64,000 bases of DNA from an uncultured bacterium (GTDB lineage Bacteria; Patescibacteriota; Microgenomatia; UBA1400; PJMF01): the NCBI GenBank assembly GCA_903842795.1, contig CAIMNJ010000011.1, positions 3,166-67,165 of the forward strand, given 5' to 3'. Below are positions 9,361-18,471 of the stretch, piece by piece. The first letter of the stretch is position 1, and every line of letters begins with the position of its first letter. The notes beneath the pieces were generated by a model that was given only the letters and a program-made list of their open reading frames with translations, was not told where the DNA came from and searched no databases. Made by a program: the position numbers and the translations under genes.

Positions 9361-9549
9361 CTAACTGTCTAAGACTTTTTGCCAAAGTTGCATACCATGA
9401 ATGCTGAGAGCCCATTGCTGGCCAGATTCGCCAAGCTCCATCCAATGCTCAATGCACCATTTCTCATCGTTCATGTTAGCAACTACAGTTTCGTAACTGT
9501 CTCCAGTTTGTACTTCTTCCTCATCTTCTTTTCTTGCTTTTTCTACCAT
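9361..9549 (-). CDS. Hypothetical small acidic protein
   Basis: 62-aa ORF with no recognisable motifs. Confidence 0.3.
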   Translation of the reverse strand: MVEKARKEDEEEVQTGDSYETVVANMNDEKWCIEHWMELGESGQQWALSIHGMQLWQKVLDS

Positions 9550-9633
9550 ATTGACTAATTATAATCTCTTATTTCTATAAAATAAATATTGCTTCTAGTA
9601 GATATATTTAAATGTGTTTATATTGAGTTTTAT

Positions 9634-10032
9634 ATGAATGAACATATTCGTGTTTCCACCGATGTACAAAAGAAGGGTATTAGACTTTCCTTGAAGTTTA
9701 GGGGGGATCTGGGATCAAATATTATGGATGCCTTCCAAGGAGATAATGACGAGGTGGTTAACGAGTGGTTGGCTGAGGAATTTTATGGTTACGAGAGTCA
9801 GGATCGAGAACCAATCACTATAGAAATGATTGAAAGATTTATTGTCAAAGCGCTTGAGAGTCCAAAAATTAGGCCTTTTTCTTCAATTTTTATAAACATT
9901 ATGGGAAGTTTGGATTTTAGTCATCAGCCAAGAGTAATTTATACAGAAACCCTTGCTAAGCAACCACCAAAGAGACCTCATTATCACGACCATGATAAAA
10001 GAGGACAAAAATATGGAGGGAGAAGAGGTTAG
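9634..10032 (+). CDS. Hypothetical protein
   Basis: ORF 9589..10032. The internal start 'MNEHIRV' at 9634 is preferred because it has a better upstream context. The C-terminal tail is basic, 'KRPHYHDHDKRGQKYGGRRG'. Confidence 0.4.
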   Translation: MNEHIRVSTDVQKKGIRLSLKFRGDLGSNIMDAFQGDNDEVVNEWLAEEFYGYESQDREPITIEMIERFIVKALESPKIRPFSSIFINIMGSLDFSHQPRVIYTETLAKQPPKRPHYHDHDKRGQKYGGRRG

Positions 10033-10130
10033 TAGAATTTGTTTTTCAGCTTGCAATCAAGCAGGGCTCGAAATACAATTGCGCCTGTGCTAAATAATTT
10101 TTCAAAAACTACTACTACCACTGCTTAGAA

Positions 10131-10185
10131 GCGGGGTTTTGTTATAGTTTGAAAAATAAAACCCCGCCAAGAGCGGGATTTTTTG
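10131..10185 (+). terminator. Terminator hairpin plus U-tract, with an upstream alternative 10-bp pairing
   Basis: 'CCCGCcaagaGCGGG' at 10163-10177 is followed by TTTTTT at 10179-10184. Upstream 'GCGGGGTTTT' at 10131-10140 is the exact reverse complement of 'AAAACCCCGC' at 10158-10167. Confidence 0.6.
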
Positions 10186-10268
10186 TATTTGGAAAAGTCT
10201 TGCTGAGCAAATTAATAAAAAAACCATTAAAATAACAATACTAAACTAATCAAACAAGGAAGGGCATT

Positions 10269-12311
10269 ATGCCAAATCATAAACAAATAAACCAAGAAGA
10301 TAAGCTTCTGCCAATGCGCCACAGCAGTGAGCATGTTCTCACCATGGTAATGGAGCGCTTGTATGGTAGTGATGAAAAAAATAATCCAGTAATTATCAAG
10401 GCTATGGGTCCAGCTATTGCTGATGGTTTCTATTTTGACTTCGATATCGCTGATAGCGCTAGAGAAAAAGGTTTAAAGATTACCGAAAAAGATTTTCCCA
10501 AATTGGAAAAAGAAATGAAAAAACTAATCCAGCAAGGGTTGTTGATGGAAAGAGTAGAAGTTTCAATGAAAGTAGCCAGACAAATTTTTGCTGACAATAA
10601 ATACAAGCAAGAACTTTTGGATGGCTTGGCCAATGCTGAGGATTTTGAACTCAGCGAATCAGTTAATGATGGCAAATCTCAAATCAAACATCAAATGCTA
10701 GAGAAAGGTCCGGTCAAACTGACTCTTTATTTGACCGGTCGTGCTGATCAAATTGAGGCAGATAAAAAATTGTTGGCGAGCATGGAAATTGCTTCTGGGA
10801 ACGATGCTGGCAGCATTAAATTGAGTTCTTTTGTTGATCTATGCAAAGGTCCTCATGTGGAAAAAATTTCTGAAATCAAAGCAGTTAAGCTGCTTAGTAT
10901 CGCAGGTGCTTATTGGCGTGGTAGTGAGAAAAACAAAATGCTCACTCGTATTTATGGAACGGCTTTTGGTTCGCAAAAAGACTTGGATGATTATTTGGCA
11001 AAAAAGCAAATGGCTGAAGAGCGTAATCATCGTAAAATTGGTAAGGAAATGGAGCTTTTTGCGATTATTCCTGAAATTGGTCAGGGCTTGCCGATTTGGT
11101 TGCCAAATGGTTATGCCATGCGTCGTGTTCTAGAAGACTACATGATGAAAATGGAGCGTCGCTTCGGGTATGTTCATATTTTGACTCCACATATTAATAG
11201 AAAAGAATTATTTGAAAAATCAGGACATTTAGGCTTTTATGATGAAAGTATGTACCCACCTTTGACCTATGAAGAAAAAAATGATTCGGGTGAATTAATT
11301 GAAGATTCTGCTGAGGTTTATTATCCCAAACCAATGAACTGCCCAGCAGGAATGATGGTTTATAAGCTCAAGAGTCATAGCTACCGCGATTTACCAATTA
11401 AGATGGGCGAGTTCGGTACGGTTTATCGTCGCGAAAAGTCAGGTGAATTGCATGGTTTGCAGCGCGTGCGTGGTTTTACGCAAAATGATGCTCATATTTT
11501 TTGTACGCCAGAGCAACTGAAAGATCAGTTTAAAGAAGTAATGAAGATGCTGGACATTTTCTATAAAGACATGGGTTTTGACAACTATCATTTCCGCTTG
11601 TCGCTTTCTGATCCAGAAAAGGCTAAATTTCAATCTTGTGGCAAGCGTAGTGATTGGGACAAGGCTGAAAATATTTTGCGCGAAATCCTTAATGAAGCCG
11701 GTGTTGAATATGTAGAAGCCAAGGGCGAAGCAGCTTTTTATGGTCCAAAACTCGATGTACAAGCAGTTAACGTGTTTGGCAAAGAAGATAGTATTTCCAC
11801 CATCCAGGTAGATTTCAATCTGCCAGAGCGTTTTGACATTACTTATGTTAATGAAAAAGGCGAAAATCAACGACCATTCGTAATTCATCGTGCTTTGATT
11901 GGCTCTTTTGAGCGCTTTTTCTCATTTTTGATCGAGCATCATGGTGGAAATTTCCCTGTTTGGCTTGCTCCTGTGCAAGTTAAAATTTTACCAATTGCTG
12001 ACCGTCATTTGGATTATGCACGCAAAATATTTAATCAGCTTTTGGATCAAAATGTTCGCGTTGAATTAGATGATCGCTCCGAGCGTTTGCAGGCCAAAAT
12101 ACGTGCTAGTGAGGTGGCTAGAGTGCCAGTGATGCTAATCATTGGTGACAGCGAAATTGAAGCGAATAAAGTTGGTGTGCGCGTGCGCGGCAAAGCTCGT
12201 GAAAGAGCAGAAAAACTCATCAAAAATGGGGAGCTTAAGGCAGAAATTAGCGCCAGCGGTGATCTTGGTGGTTTAGATCTTGAAGCTTTGCAACAATTTT
12301 TGGTTAAATAA
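10269..12311 (+). CDS. thrS: Threonyl-tRNA synthetase
   Basis: 680 aa. N-terminal 'RHSSEHVLTMVMERLYG' is the ThrRS second-additional/editing H-x-x-x-H motif. Class II core motifs include 'FRLSLSDPEK' and 'FYGPKLD', and there is a C-terminal anticodon-binding domain. Confidence 0.95.
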   Translation: MPNHKQINQEDKLLPMRHSSEHVLTMVMERLYGSDEKNNPVIIKAMGPAIADGFYFDFDIADSAREKGLKITEKDFPKLEKEMKKLIQQGLLMERVEVSMKVARQIFADNKYKQELLDGLANAEDFELSESVNDGKSQIKHQMLEKGPVKLTLYLTGRADQIEADKKLLASMEIASGNDAGSIKLSSFVDLCKGPHVEKISEIKAVKLLSIAGAYWRGSEKNKMLTRIYGTAFGSQKDLDDYLAKKQMAEERNHRKIGKEMELFAIIPEIGQGLPIWLPNGYAMRRVLEDYMMKMERRFGYVHILTPHINRKELFEKSGHLGFYDESMYPPLTYEEKNDSGELIEDSAEVYYPKPMNCPAGMMVYKLKSHSYRDLPIKMGEFGTVYRREKSGELHGLQRVRGFTQNDAHIFCTPEQLKDQFKEVMKMLDIFYKDMGFDNYHFRLSLSDPEKAKFQSCGKRSDWDKAENILREILNEAGVEYVEAKGEAAFYGPKLDVQAVNVFGKEDSISTIQVDFNLPERFDITYVNEKGENQRPFVIHRALIGSFERFFSFLIEHHGGNFPVWLAPVQVKILPIADRHLDYARKIFNQLLDQNVRVELDDRSERLQAKIRASEVARVPVMLIIGDSEIEANKVGVRVRGKARERAEKLIKNGELKAEISASGDLGGLDLEALQQFLVK

Positions 12312-12329
12312 ATGGACTGATTTAGTTTT

Positions 12330-12725
12330 ATGGAAAATTTTGCTGCCCAAATTGCCAATCTAACTAAAAAAACCATCGAAGGCCAAAAACCCAGCTGGAA
12401 AAATGCTTTGTCGCGTAAATTGATCGCTGCTTTGGAGGGCAAAAACCCAAATAAAATTGCTGAAACAGTTGAGGAAGAGCCTGAACCAACCAAAGAAACA
12501 ATAGTTCAGCACAAGCAATGGACTTCTGTAGAAAATAATTTGAGCTACGAACGTTTTAATCTTCACCCTGAAACAGGAGTGAAGCAATTTTTCATGGAAG
12601 TCATGGGTCCTTATGGCAATCCATTTATTATTCCTGAACCGGATCTAGCTTTCGATGTTCCAAGTGGTTTGCAATATGTAAATATTAAAGGTGAACAAAA
12701 AGATTTAGAAAAATCTGGTTTTTAA
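12330..12725 (+). CDS. Hypothetical protein (first gene of thrS-linked operon)
   Basis: 131 aa; starts 19 nt after thrS; no motifs recognised. Confidence 0.5.
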   Translation: MENFAAQIANLTKKTIEGQKPSWKNALSRKLIAALEGKNPNKIAETVEEEPEPTKETIVQHKQWTSVENNLSYERFNLHPETGVKQFFMEVMGPYGNPFIIPEPDLAFDVPSGLQYVNIKGEQKDLEKSGF

Positions 12726-12734
12726 TATATTGGC

Positions 12735-13013
12735 ATGGATGGGGCAGAGGTTTGGCAGAAAAATAAAATTTCCGGCATTATTTGTCAAGATGGCGGGACC
12801 GATGTTTATCGCTTTAGTTTTTCTAATCCAAAGGCACCAAAATTTGAGGTCAATGAAGAAGGTGTGATTATTAATGGTGAGCAATGGTATCTCAAGGTGC
12901 TTTTTTCCAAAGATGCTCAGAGAATTGGCAATTTTGATGCCTATTATTCTCGCCAAAAACCAGATGTGGTGCGCGTTATTGAGATGGGAGATATAAATTG
13001 GGACAAGATTTAG
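12735..13013 (+). CDS. Hypothetical protein
   Basis: 92 aa, tightly packed between flanking genes. Confidence 0.5.
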   Translation: MDGAEVWQKNKISGIICQDGGTDVYRFSFSNPKAPKFEVNEEGVIINGEQWYLKVLFSKDAQRIGNFDAYYSRQKPDVVRVIEMGDINWDKI

Positions 13014-13026
13014 ATATAATTAACCT

Positions 13027-16000
13027 ATGAATCAAGAAGCCTCCGCAATCGTTGAAGAATTATTACAAAAAGAACGCAGCCTTAGCGCACTAAAGAATGC
13101 TGAACAACAAGCCGGAACAGGTTCTTTTATTTTTTCCGATGAAGCAAATCTGTTTAAAGGAGAACCGTCTGCCGAACTTATGGATGTGGTTGGTAGACTT
13201 AATGCCAGAGGAATAAATGTTGCAATTTTTACTTCAGACAATCCAGATAATTTAGAAACATCAGCCCTAAGAGATCAACTCACCCAAGCTAATGGTTTGG
13301 GTAGTTATTCTGATGGAACGCTGCAAGTCAATACTTTGGCCTGTGTCTGGAACAATAAAACAACCGATGGAAGAAAAGAATTGGATTGTGTTACCGGCGC
13401 TGGTATAGGCAGATATATTGGAGATTCTCAAGTTAATAGTTTAGTTAATCATGTTGTTGATGAGGGTTATTATGTTGACGATTTCAGTGCAGGATTTACT
13501 AATGGTTTGACTGAAATCGATCAAATCTTGGCAGCCAGGGAAGCTCAGGCTACTCAACAAGCAGCTCAACCAACAGCTACTCCTTATGCTGAAACTGACA
13601 CTACTCCAATAGAAATCCAGCCTTCAGAATCTCGTCCAAACTTTATGGAAACTCATGGCAGAGAAGTTTATGGTGGTGTGACAGCAGTAATTTTAATGGC
13701 TTTGGTTGGGGCTGATCAGATGTTTGCCAAACCAAAGCGTCTTTTTGTTAAGGGTATTGAATCAGACAGAAGGTCGGCTTTGAATGAAGCAACTAAGTTG
13801 AATTTAGATTTTGGAAAGGGTCTTTCTCTTTTTGATGCAATTATTTCAGAGTACGGTGAGTCTTATCCTGAAAAAGCAAATCAAGCCAGAGAAGATCGCT
13901 CTGTTTTTTCGGAAAAAGTAGATGAAGTTAAAGCTGCTGCTGAAGAGCTAAAATTAGCAAAAGTTGGTTTTTTCCGTAAAAAAGAAGACATGGAAGACGT
14001 AAGAGTAGCTGCTAAAAAATTGCGCACTAAAGCGATGGAATTATTGCGCTTAATAGGCGATCAAAGCAACAAGGCAGAAGATCTGCAAGAGAGAAAGAAC
14101 TCTGCCCGCACCAATGCTGCTGCCGCCAAAGAGAAGCTGGCTGAAGTTAAAGATGTTTGGTATGTAGAAAAATTCAAAGTTTTTGGAGAGATCTTGCCAC
14201 CAAAAGATAAGGCCATGGTCGGTATTGAATCTTTGGCAAAAGAAGCTTTTGATAATGCCTACTACAATACAGCCCTAGCCCTCAAAGGTAATGATCAGGC
14301 TGTTGAAGTGCTTGGTTTGTTAGATAAGTTTATGTTGGCAGTTGGTGCTTTGACCAGTGGTTATGAAATTGCTGATGGATTATATAGAGATGCTGGTTCG
14401 GACATTGCGAAGTGGCCAAATAAGGCAATTGATCTCAAGCAATTGGCTAATTCTGGAATACAGTTACTGACTACTGCCAAAGCAGGTATATCGATCACTG
14501 AAAAGCTTGATGAGGTGATTAGGTTATCTAAAGCAGCTGAGGTGGAATTTGCAAATGCTAAGGATTTCTCTAGTGCAACTGCTACTATTTTGAAACAGCA
14601 AGATGAAAATGATGCGGCAATTGCCGAAATTGAAGAAAAAGGTTTTGAAGATAAACATATTAAAAAGTTCCGTGACGCTATGGTTGAAGCTCTTAGTAAA
14701 GCTAATGTTTTTGCTTCTCAAGGCAATTGGAAGGAAGCGCATGCTCAACTTGGTGTTTTAAGAGTGAAAACCAATGAATCTCTTATTGAGATGAAGCGCT
14801 TAGAACAATTACAAAAACAAAATATTATTGATTTGGAAAATCTTGCCAAGGAGGTGGAAAAAGACAAAAAACGCTATGCCGGTGAGACCACTAAAGCTTG
14901 GACTGATTTGAGTGAAAATTTTGTGCCAGCTAACTACGATGAAAAGGACAAAATTTGGAAAGAGTTGAGAGAAGGATCTGGGTCTGGTGAAAAAATAGTA
15001 ATTGCCGACCTCAATCCATATTTTGCAGCAATTGCTTTGACTCTCAAAGAACTAACTGATGATAAGTCAGACGAAAACGATATTGCCAGTAAAGCTTCTA
15101 GTAGAAATTCTTTTGAAGAACAAAAGTTTGATGAATCTGCAACTCTAATTCGAAAAATGGAGAAAAGGTTGGCAGAGTCTCGTCAAATGATGGATGCGCT
15201 ATTAGAGCGTCAAAAATTAGCCAACAAATCAAAGTCCGAATATTCTGCAGCAATTGTTAATTCATCTGCCCGTCTGGAAGCAGCTGAGGAATCAATTGAT
15301 ACGAAAGAAGAAAACCGCTTAGTAGATAAAGAGGTTGATGAGCAGATCAAGAATGCCAGAAAATTTATTGATTTGGCAGAAAGAGCCGGCAAAGCTTCTA
15401 TATACGTTGCTGCTTTGGAAGCAGCCAATAGAGCGACAGATTTAGCAATAAGAGCAAGACAAAGCGCTGAAGCACAGATAAAAGCTCTCAAAGAACTTTA
15501 TTCAAAACTAGAAAGTCATAAAAAGAGTAGTAATGCTGCTGCCAACAAGGCTATTCAGGCTGTAATAGATGAATCAGATGAAGTAATTACCTCTGCTACC
15601 ACAAATATTCAGAATGCTTTGCAAAGAAGTTTGGCAGCTTTGGTTACGGCAGAAAGTGCTTTAGCTGCTAAAGAAGACCATGTCTTGTCTAAGGCAATAG
15701 AAGATCTTTTAGGTGATCTTGATCAGGTTGATGAAAAAACAGAAGAGCTTGAGCAGGCTTTCAAATCTGATCGCAATAGCTATCAAGATTTACTTGATGA
15801 TTTAAAGAGAGCTATTGGTGATGCTGATTCAGCTATTAGTAGAGCTAGTTCAAAGTGTAATGACCCTGATGCCGGTTCTGCCGGAGATGGAGCCCTAGGC
15901 TCAGCCAGGTCTTCTAATCCAGACATGGCAAGTTGGGGGGAGTCTAGATCTAGTATTAAATCAAAAATACAAGCTGCTAAGCGTGCTGAAGATTATGCTG

Positions 16001-16173
16001 ACAGCGCTTATAATCAGGCTAGCAGCGCAATTTTAGCTGCTGAGCAAGCAAGACAAAGAGAACTAGAAAGACAAAGAGAGGCGCAGAGAGCTAGGGAGAG
16101 AGCTGCTGAACAAGCGAGAGAAGCTAGCAGAACCGTTAATTCTGTTGGTGGACATGCTAGTAGGAAAATCTAA
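13027..16173 (+). CDS. Large (1048-aa) coiled-coil-rich hypothetical protein
   Basis: An N-terminal ~230-aa globular region and a hydrophobic segment 'GGVTAVILMALVGADQMF'. This is followed by ~800 aa of heptad-like charged helical sequence (E/K/A/L-rich). The C-terminus is 'RQRELERQREAQRARERAAEQAREASR'. Confidence 0.6.
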   Translation: MNQEASAIVEELLQKERSLSALKNAEQQAGTGSFIFSDEANLFKGEPSAELMDVVGRLNARGINVAIFTSDNPDNLETSALRDQLTQANGLGSYSDGTLQVNTLACVWNNKTTDGRKELDCVTGAGIGRYIGDSQVNSLVNHVVDEGYYVDDFSAGFTNGLTEIDQILAAREAQATQQAAQPTATPYAETDTTPIEIQPSESRPNFMETHGREVYGGVTAVILMALVGADQMFAKPKRLFVKGIESDRRSALNEATKLNLDFGKGLSLFDAIISEYGESYPEKANQAREDRSVFSEKVDEVKAAAEELKLAKVGFFRKKEDMEDVRVAAKKLRTKAMELLRLIGDQSNKAEDLQERKNSARTNAAAAKEKLAEVKDVWYVEKFKVFGEILPPKDKAMVGIESLAKEAFDNAYYNTALALKGNDQAVEVLGLLDKFMLAVGALTSGYEIADGLYRDAGSDIAKWPNKAIDLKQLANSGIQLLTTAKAGISITEKLDEVIRLSKAAEVEFANAKDFSSATATILKQQDENDAAIAEIEEKGFEDKHIKKFRDAMVEALSKANVFASQGNWKEAHAQLGVLRVKTNESLIEMKRLEQLQKQNIIDLENLAKEVEKDKKRYAGETTKAWTDLSENFVPANYDEKDKIWKELREGSGSGEKIVIADLNPYFAAIALTLKELTDDKSDENDIASKASSRNSFEEQKFDESATLIRKMEKRLAESRQMMDALLERQKLANKSKSEYSAAIVNSSARLEAAEESIDTKEENRLVDKEVDEQIKNARKFIDLAERAGKASIYVAALEAANRATDLAIRARQSAEAQIKALKELYSKLESHKKSSNAAANKAIQAVIDESDEVITSATTNIQNALQRSLAALVTAESALAAKEDHVLSKAIEDLLGDLDQVDEKTEELEQAFKSDRNSYQDLLDDLKRAIGDADSAISRASSKCNDPDAGSAGDGALGSARSSNPDMASWGESRSSIKSKIQAAKRAEDYADSAYNQASSAILAAEQARQRELERQREAQRARERAAEQAREASRTVNSVGGHASRKI

Positions 16174-16193
16174 GTTATTTTTTTATAAATATT

Positions 16194-16225
16194 AAAAAAC
16201 CCGCCTTTTTTGAGGCGGGTTTTTA
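16194..16225. terminator. Bidirectional rho-independent terminator
   Basis: 'AAAAAACCCGCCttttttgaGGCGGGTTTTT' lies between convergent genes (the 13027 ORF and rplA). Confidence 0.7.
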
Positions 16226-16248
16226 TTTACATTTAGGATGAGAGGAGA

Positions 16249-16980
16249 TTATTCCTCTTCAGTTTCTTCAATGAGGACCTTGATTCCTGGACCCATACTT
16301 GGAGAAAGACTTAATTTAACAATTTTGCCTTTCAAAGCTTTGGTTAGAGCTTCAACGTTCTCAACCAAATCAGCGCCACTCATATCGGTTTTGCCGATAA
16401 CTAAGTGCATTAAAGGAGCTTTCTTTTCAGTTTTGAGATTGAATTTACCAGCTTCCAACTCTTTTTTCTTGAGTTCTGGATTTGGGGTCAAAGTACCATT
16501 TTTTGGATTTGGCATTAAGCCTTTTGGACCAAGAACTTTGGCAAATCTGGCCAATTTTGGCATAAACTCTGGATGAGCAACCAAAATTTCATAATCAATT
16601 TTGCCAGCTTCGATGTCGCTTAAAACTTGAGCATCAACGATGGTAACCTTGACGGTTTTACCGGTAGAGTGTGGCAAAGCTAAACTGACGTTGTCACCAA
16701 TTTCTTTGACGACGACGTGAGCTTCAACTGAACCAACAAATTTGCTGTAAGAAAGCTTTTTAACTAGTTCGACAGCCTCTTTGCTAGAGTAAAATTTACT
16801 CTTATCCAATTGAGAGCGTACAGCCTGATATTTTTTACCGCGGACTTTTTTGGCTTTGGCTGGTTTTTTTTCAGCTTTTACCTCTACATCATCAGTTTGC
16901 ACTGATTCTTTTATTTCTGTTTCGACAGTTTTGACCTCAACTTCATTTGCAGTCATGTCGACATTTTTTTTGCTTCCCAT
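16249..16980 (-). CDS. rplA: Ribosomal protein L1 with ~45-aa N-terminal extension
   Basis: 'KKYQAVRSQLDKSKFYSSKEAVELVKKL...FDETVEAHV'-type L1 core, 'GKTVKV' and 'AKVLGPKGLMPNPKNGTLT'. It is preceded by a charged extension 'MGSKKNVDMTANEVEVKTVETEIKE...'. Confidence 0.9.
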   Translation of the reverse strand: MGSKKNVDMTANEVEVKTVETEIKESVQTDDVEVKAEKKPAKAKKVRGKKYQAVRSQLDKSKFYSSKEAVELVKKLSYSKFVGSVEAHVVVKEIGDNVSLALPHSTGKTVKVTIVDAQVLSDIEAGKIDYEILVAHPEFMPKLARFAKVLGPKGLMPNPKNGTLTPNPELKKKELEAGKFNLKTEKKAPLMHLVIGKTDMSGADLVENVEALTKALKGKIVKLSLSPSMGPGIKVLIEETEEE

Positions 16981-17046
16981 AATTTACTTTCTGGTGGTGC
17001 AAGCGGCTAGGGTAAAGTTTGAGCCTCCCACCTTATTATTTTATAT
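16981..17046 (-). promoter_or_regulatory. rplK-rplA intergenic region; candidate L1-binding (23S-mimic) element
   Basis: The mRNA-sense sequence 'GGUGGGAGGCUCAAACUUUACCCUAGCCGCUUGCACC' can form a closed hairpin (GGUG...CACC). L1 is known to autoregulate through an rRNA-mimic site in the L11-L1 mRNA. Only the stem closure was observed; the mimicry was not verified. Confidence 0.25.
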
Positions 17047-17469
17047 TTATACGATGTCAACGCCCATAGATTTGGCAGAACCAATGACACTATTCATAGC
17101 AGAATCAATGTTGTTGGTGTTCATATCTGGCATTTTCTTTTCTGCAATGGCTCTGACTTGATCCATGGTTAATTTGGCCTTATTATCTTTGCCTGCAGTA
17201 GCACTACCAGCTTTCATTCTGAGAGTTTGTTTGATCAAATCTGAGACTGGAGGCAACTTCAAAACAAAAGTGAAGGAATTGTTCTCAAAAATAGTAATTT
17301 CTGCTGGGATGATTTGACCTTTTTGGTCAGCTGTAGCAGCATTATATTGTTTAAGAAAATCCATCATGTTGATACCAGCTTGACCCAAAATTGGACCGAC
17401 TGGAGGGGCTGGAGTAGCAGTACCAGCTGGAAGATTTAATTTCAAAATTGACTTAACTTTTTTAGCCAT
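17047..17469 (-). CDS. rplK: Ribosomal protein L11
   Basis: 'KLNLPAGTATPAPPVGPILGQAGINMMDF' carries the canonical L11 motif PAPPVGPxLG. Confidence 0.95.
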   Translation of the reverse strand: MAKKVKSILKLNLPAGTATPAPPVGPILGQAGINMMDFLKQYNAATADQKGQIIPAEITIFENNSFTFVLKLPPVSDLIKQTLRMKAGSATAGKDNKAKLTMDQVRAIAEKKMPDMNTNNIDSAMNSVIGSAKSMGVDIV

Positions 17470-17564
17470 ATTATTTTCTTTCGATTGTTATTTTTTTATT
17501 TAACCATTTTTTGTGGAGAAGCTCGGCATCCCTAATGTCGACCACAAGTGGTTTGTGTCTATTT

Positions 17565-18185
17565 TTATACTTTTTTGACTTGCAAGAAGTCTAATTCCAC
17601 TGGAGTTTCTCTTCCAAAAATATTGAGAAGTACAGTGACTTTACCTTTTTCTTCATCAATTTTATCGACTGTTCCCAAGAAATCATTAAATGGACCGTCA
17701 ACAACTTTGACAGCTTCACCATCAACGAAATCGGCTTTGTAAGAAGCTTCACCAGATTGCTCGGTGTATTTCATGATAGCTTCAACCTCACTTTTTGGTA
17801 GTGGAGTGGGTTTGCTGCTCATACCGACAAAACCAGTAACGCCATCAGTGGTACGAATTGCCAACCAGGCGTCATCGGTCATTTCCAATTTGACCAACAT
17901 GTAACCTGGGAAAATTTTCTCACTAACGGTTTTTCTTTGACCTCTGCGAATTTGAATTTTGTCTTGAGTTGGAATCAAAACTTGAATTATTTTGTCAGTT
18001 AAATGGAGGGTTTGAGCACGTTGGCGCAAAGCCTCAGCAATTTTCTTTTCATGACCAGAATAAACGTGAACAACATACCAACGAGCTTTTTTGTTGTCGA
18101 CATCAGAAATGTTAACCAAGTTGGGAGAAGAGACTCTCACTTCTTGAACTTCTGGGATTTCTGGCACTTGCATTTGATCGGTCAT
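17565..18185 (-). CDS. nusG: Transcription termination/antitermination factor NusG
   Basis: NGN domain 'WYVVHVYSGHEKKIAEAL' and a KOW domain 'GEAVKVVDGPFNDFLGTVDKIDEEKGKVTVLLNIFGRETPVELDF'. Confidence 0.9.
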   Translation of the reverse strand: MTDQMQVPEIPEVQEVRVSSPNLVNISDVDNKKARWYVVHVYSGHEKKIAEALRQRAQTLHLTDKIIQVLIPTQDKIQIRRGQRKTVSEKIFPGYMLVKLEMTDDAWLAIRTTDGVTGFVGMSSKPTPLPKSEVEAIMKYTEQSGEASYKADFVDGEAVKVVDGPFNDFLGTVDKIDEEKGKVTVLLNIFGRETPVELDFLQVKKV

Positions 18186-18224
18186 AATTCCTTTTTTTGG
18201 TGATTCCTTTTACAAAGGAGAATA

Positions 18225-18407
18225 TTATATCAGAATTCCCATGATTTTTTGTAGGAGAAAATCAATGCCTCCAAGATAAGCGGAGAGTAGGGCTGCTACC
18301 AAGACAACTAGCAAGGTCATGTTTTGAGTATTTTTCTTGCTTGGCCAAGTAGTTTGCTTTAGTTCAGTTGTGACTTCTCTAAAGTAGTTTCTGATTTTTG
18401 CTAACAT
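18225..18407 (-). CDS. secE: Preprotein translocase subunit SecE
   Basis: 60 aa with a single C-terminal TM segment; 'REVTTELKQTTWPSKK'; sits directly upstream of nusG. Confidence 0.75.
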   Translation of the reverse strand: MLAKIRNYFREVTTELKQTTWPSKKNTQNMTLLVVLVAALLSAYLGGIDFLLQKIMGILI

Positions 18408-18471
18408 AAAATTATCCGGTTTTCTCTTGGATTTTATCTTTAAACCCTGCTTTTTTCAAGTTAGCTTTAAT

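Noticed and set aside
10033-10268. T-box riboswitch upstream of thrS
   Set aside because: The leader is too short, at ~235 nt including the upstream gene's terminator. I could not find the conserved T-box sequence AAUUAGGGUGGNACCGCG or a specifier-loop arrangement. The alternative-hairpin element is reported separately as a finding.
10430-11888. Nested ORFs inside thrS (10430..10675 -, 10831..11133 +, 10839..11030 -, 11439..11888 -)
   Set aside because: They lie entirely within the thrS reading frame, which has class II aaRS motifs. They are low-complexity alternative-frame artefacts.
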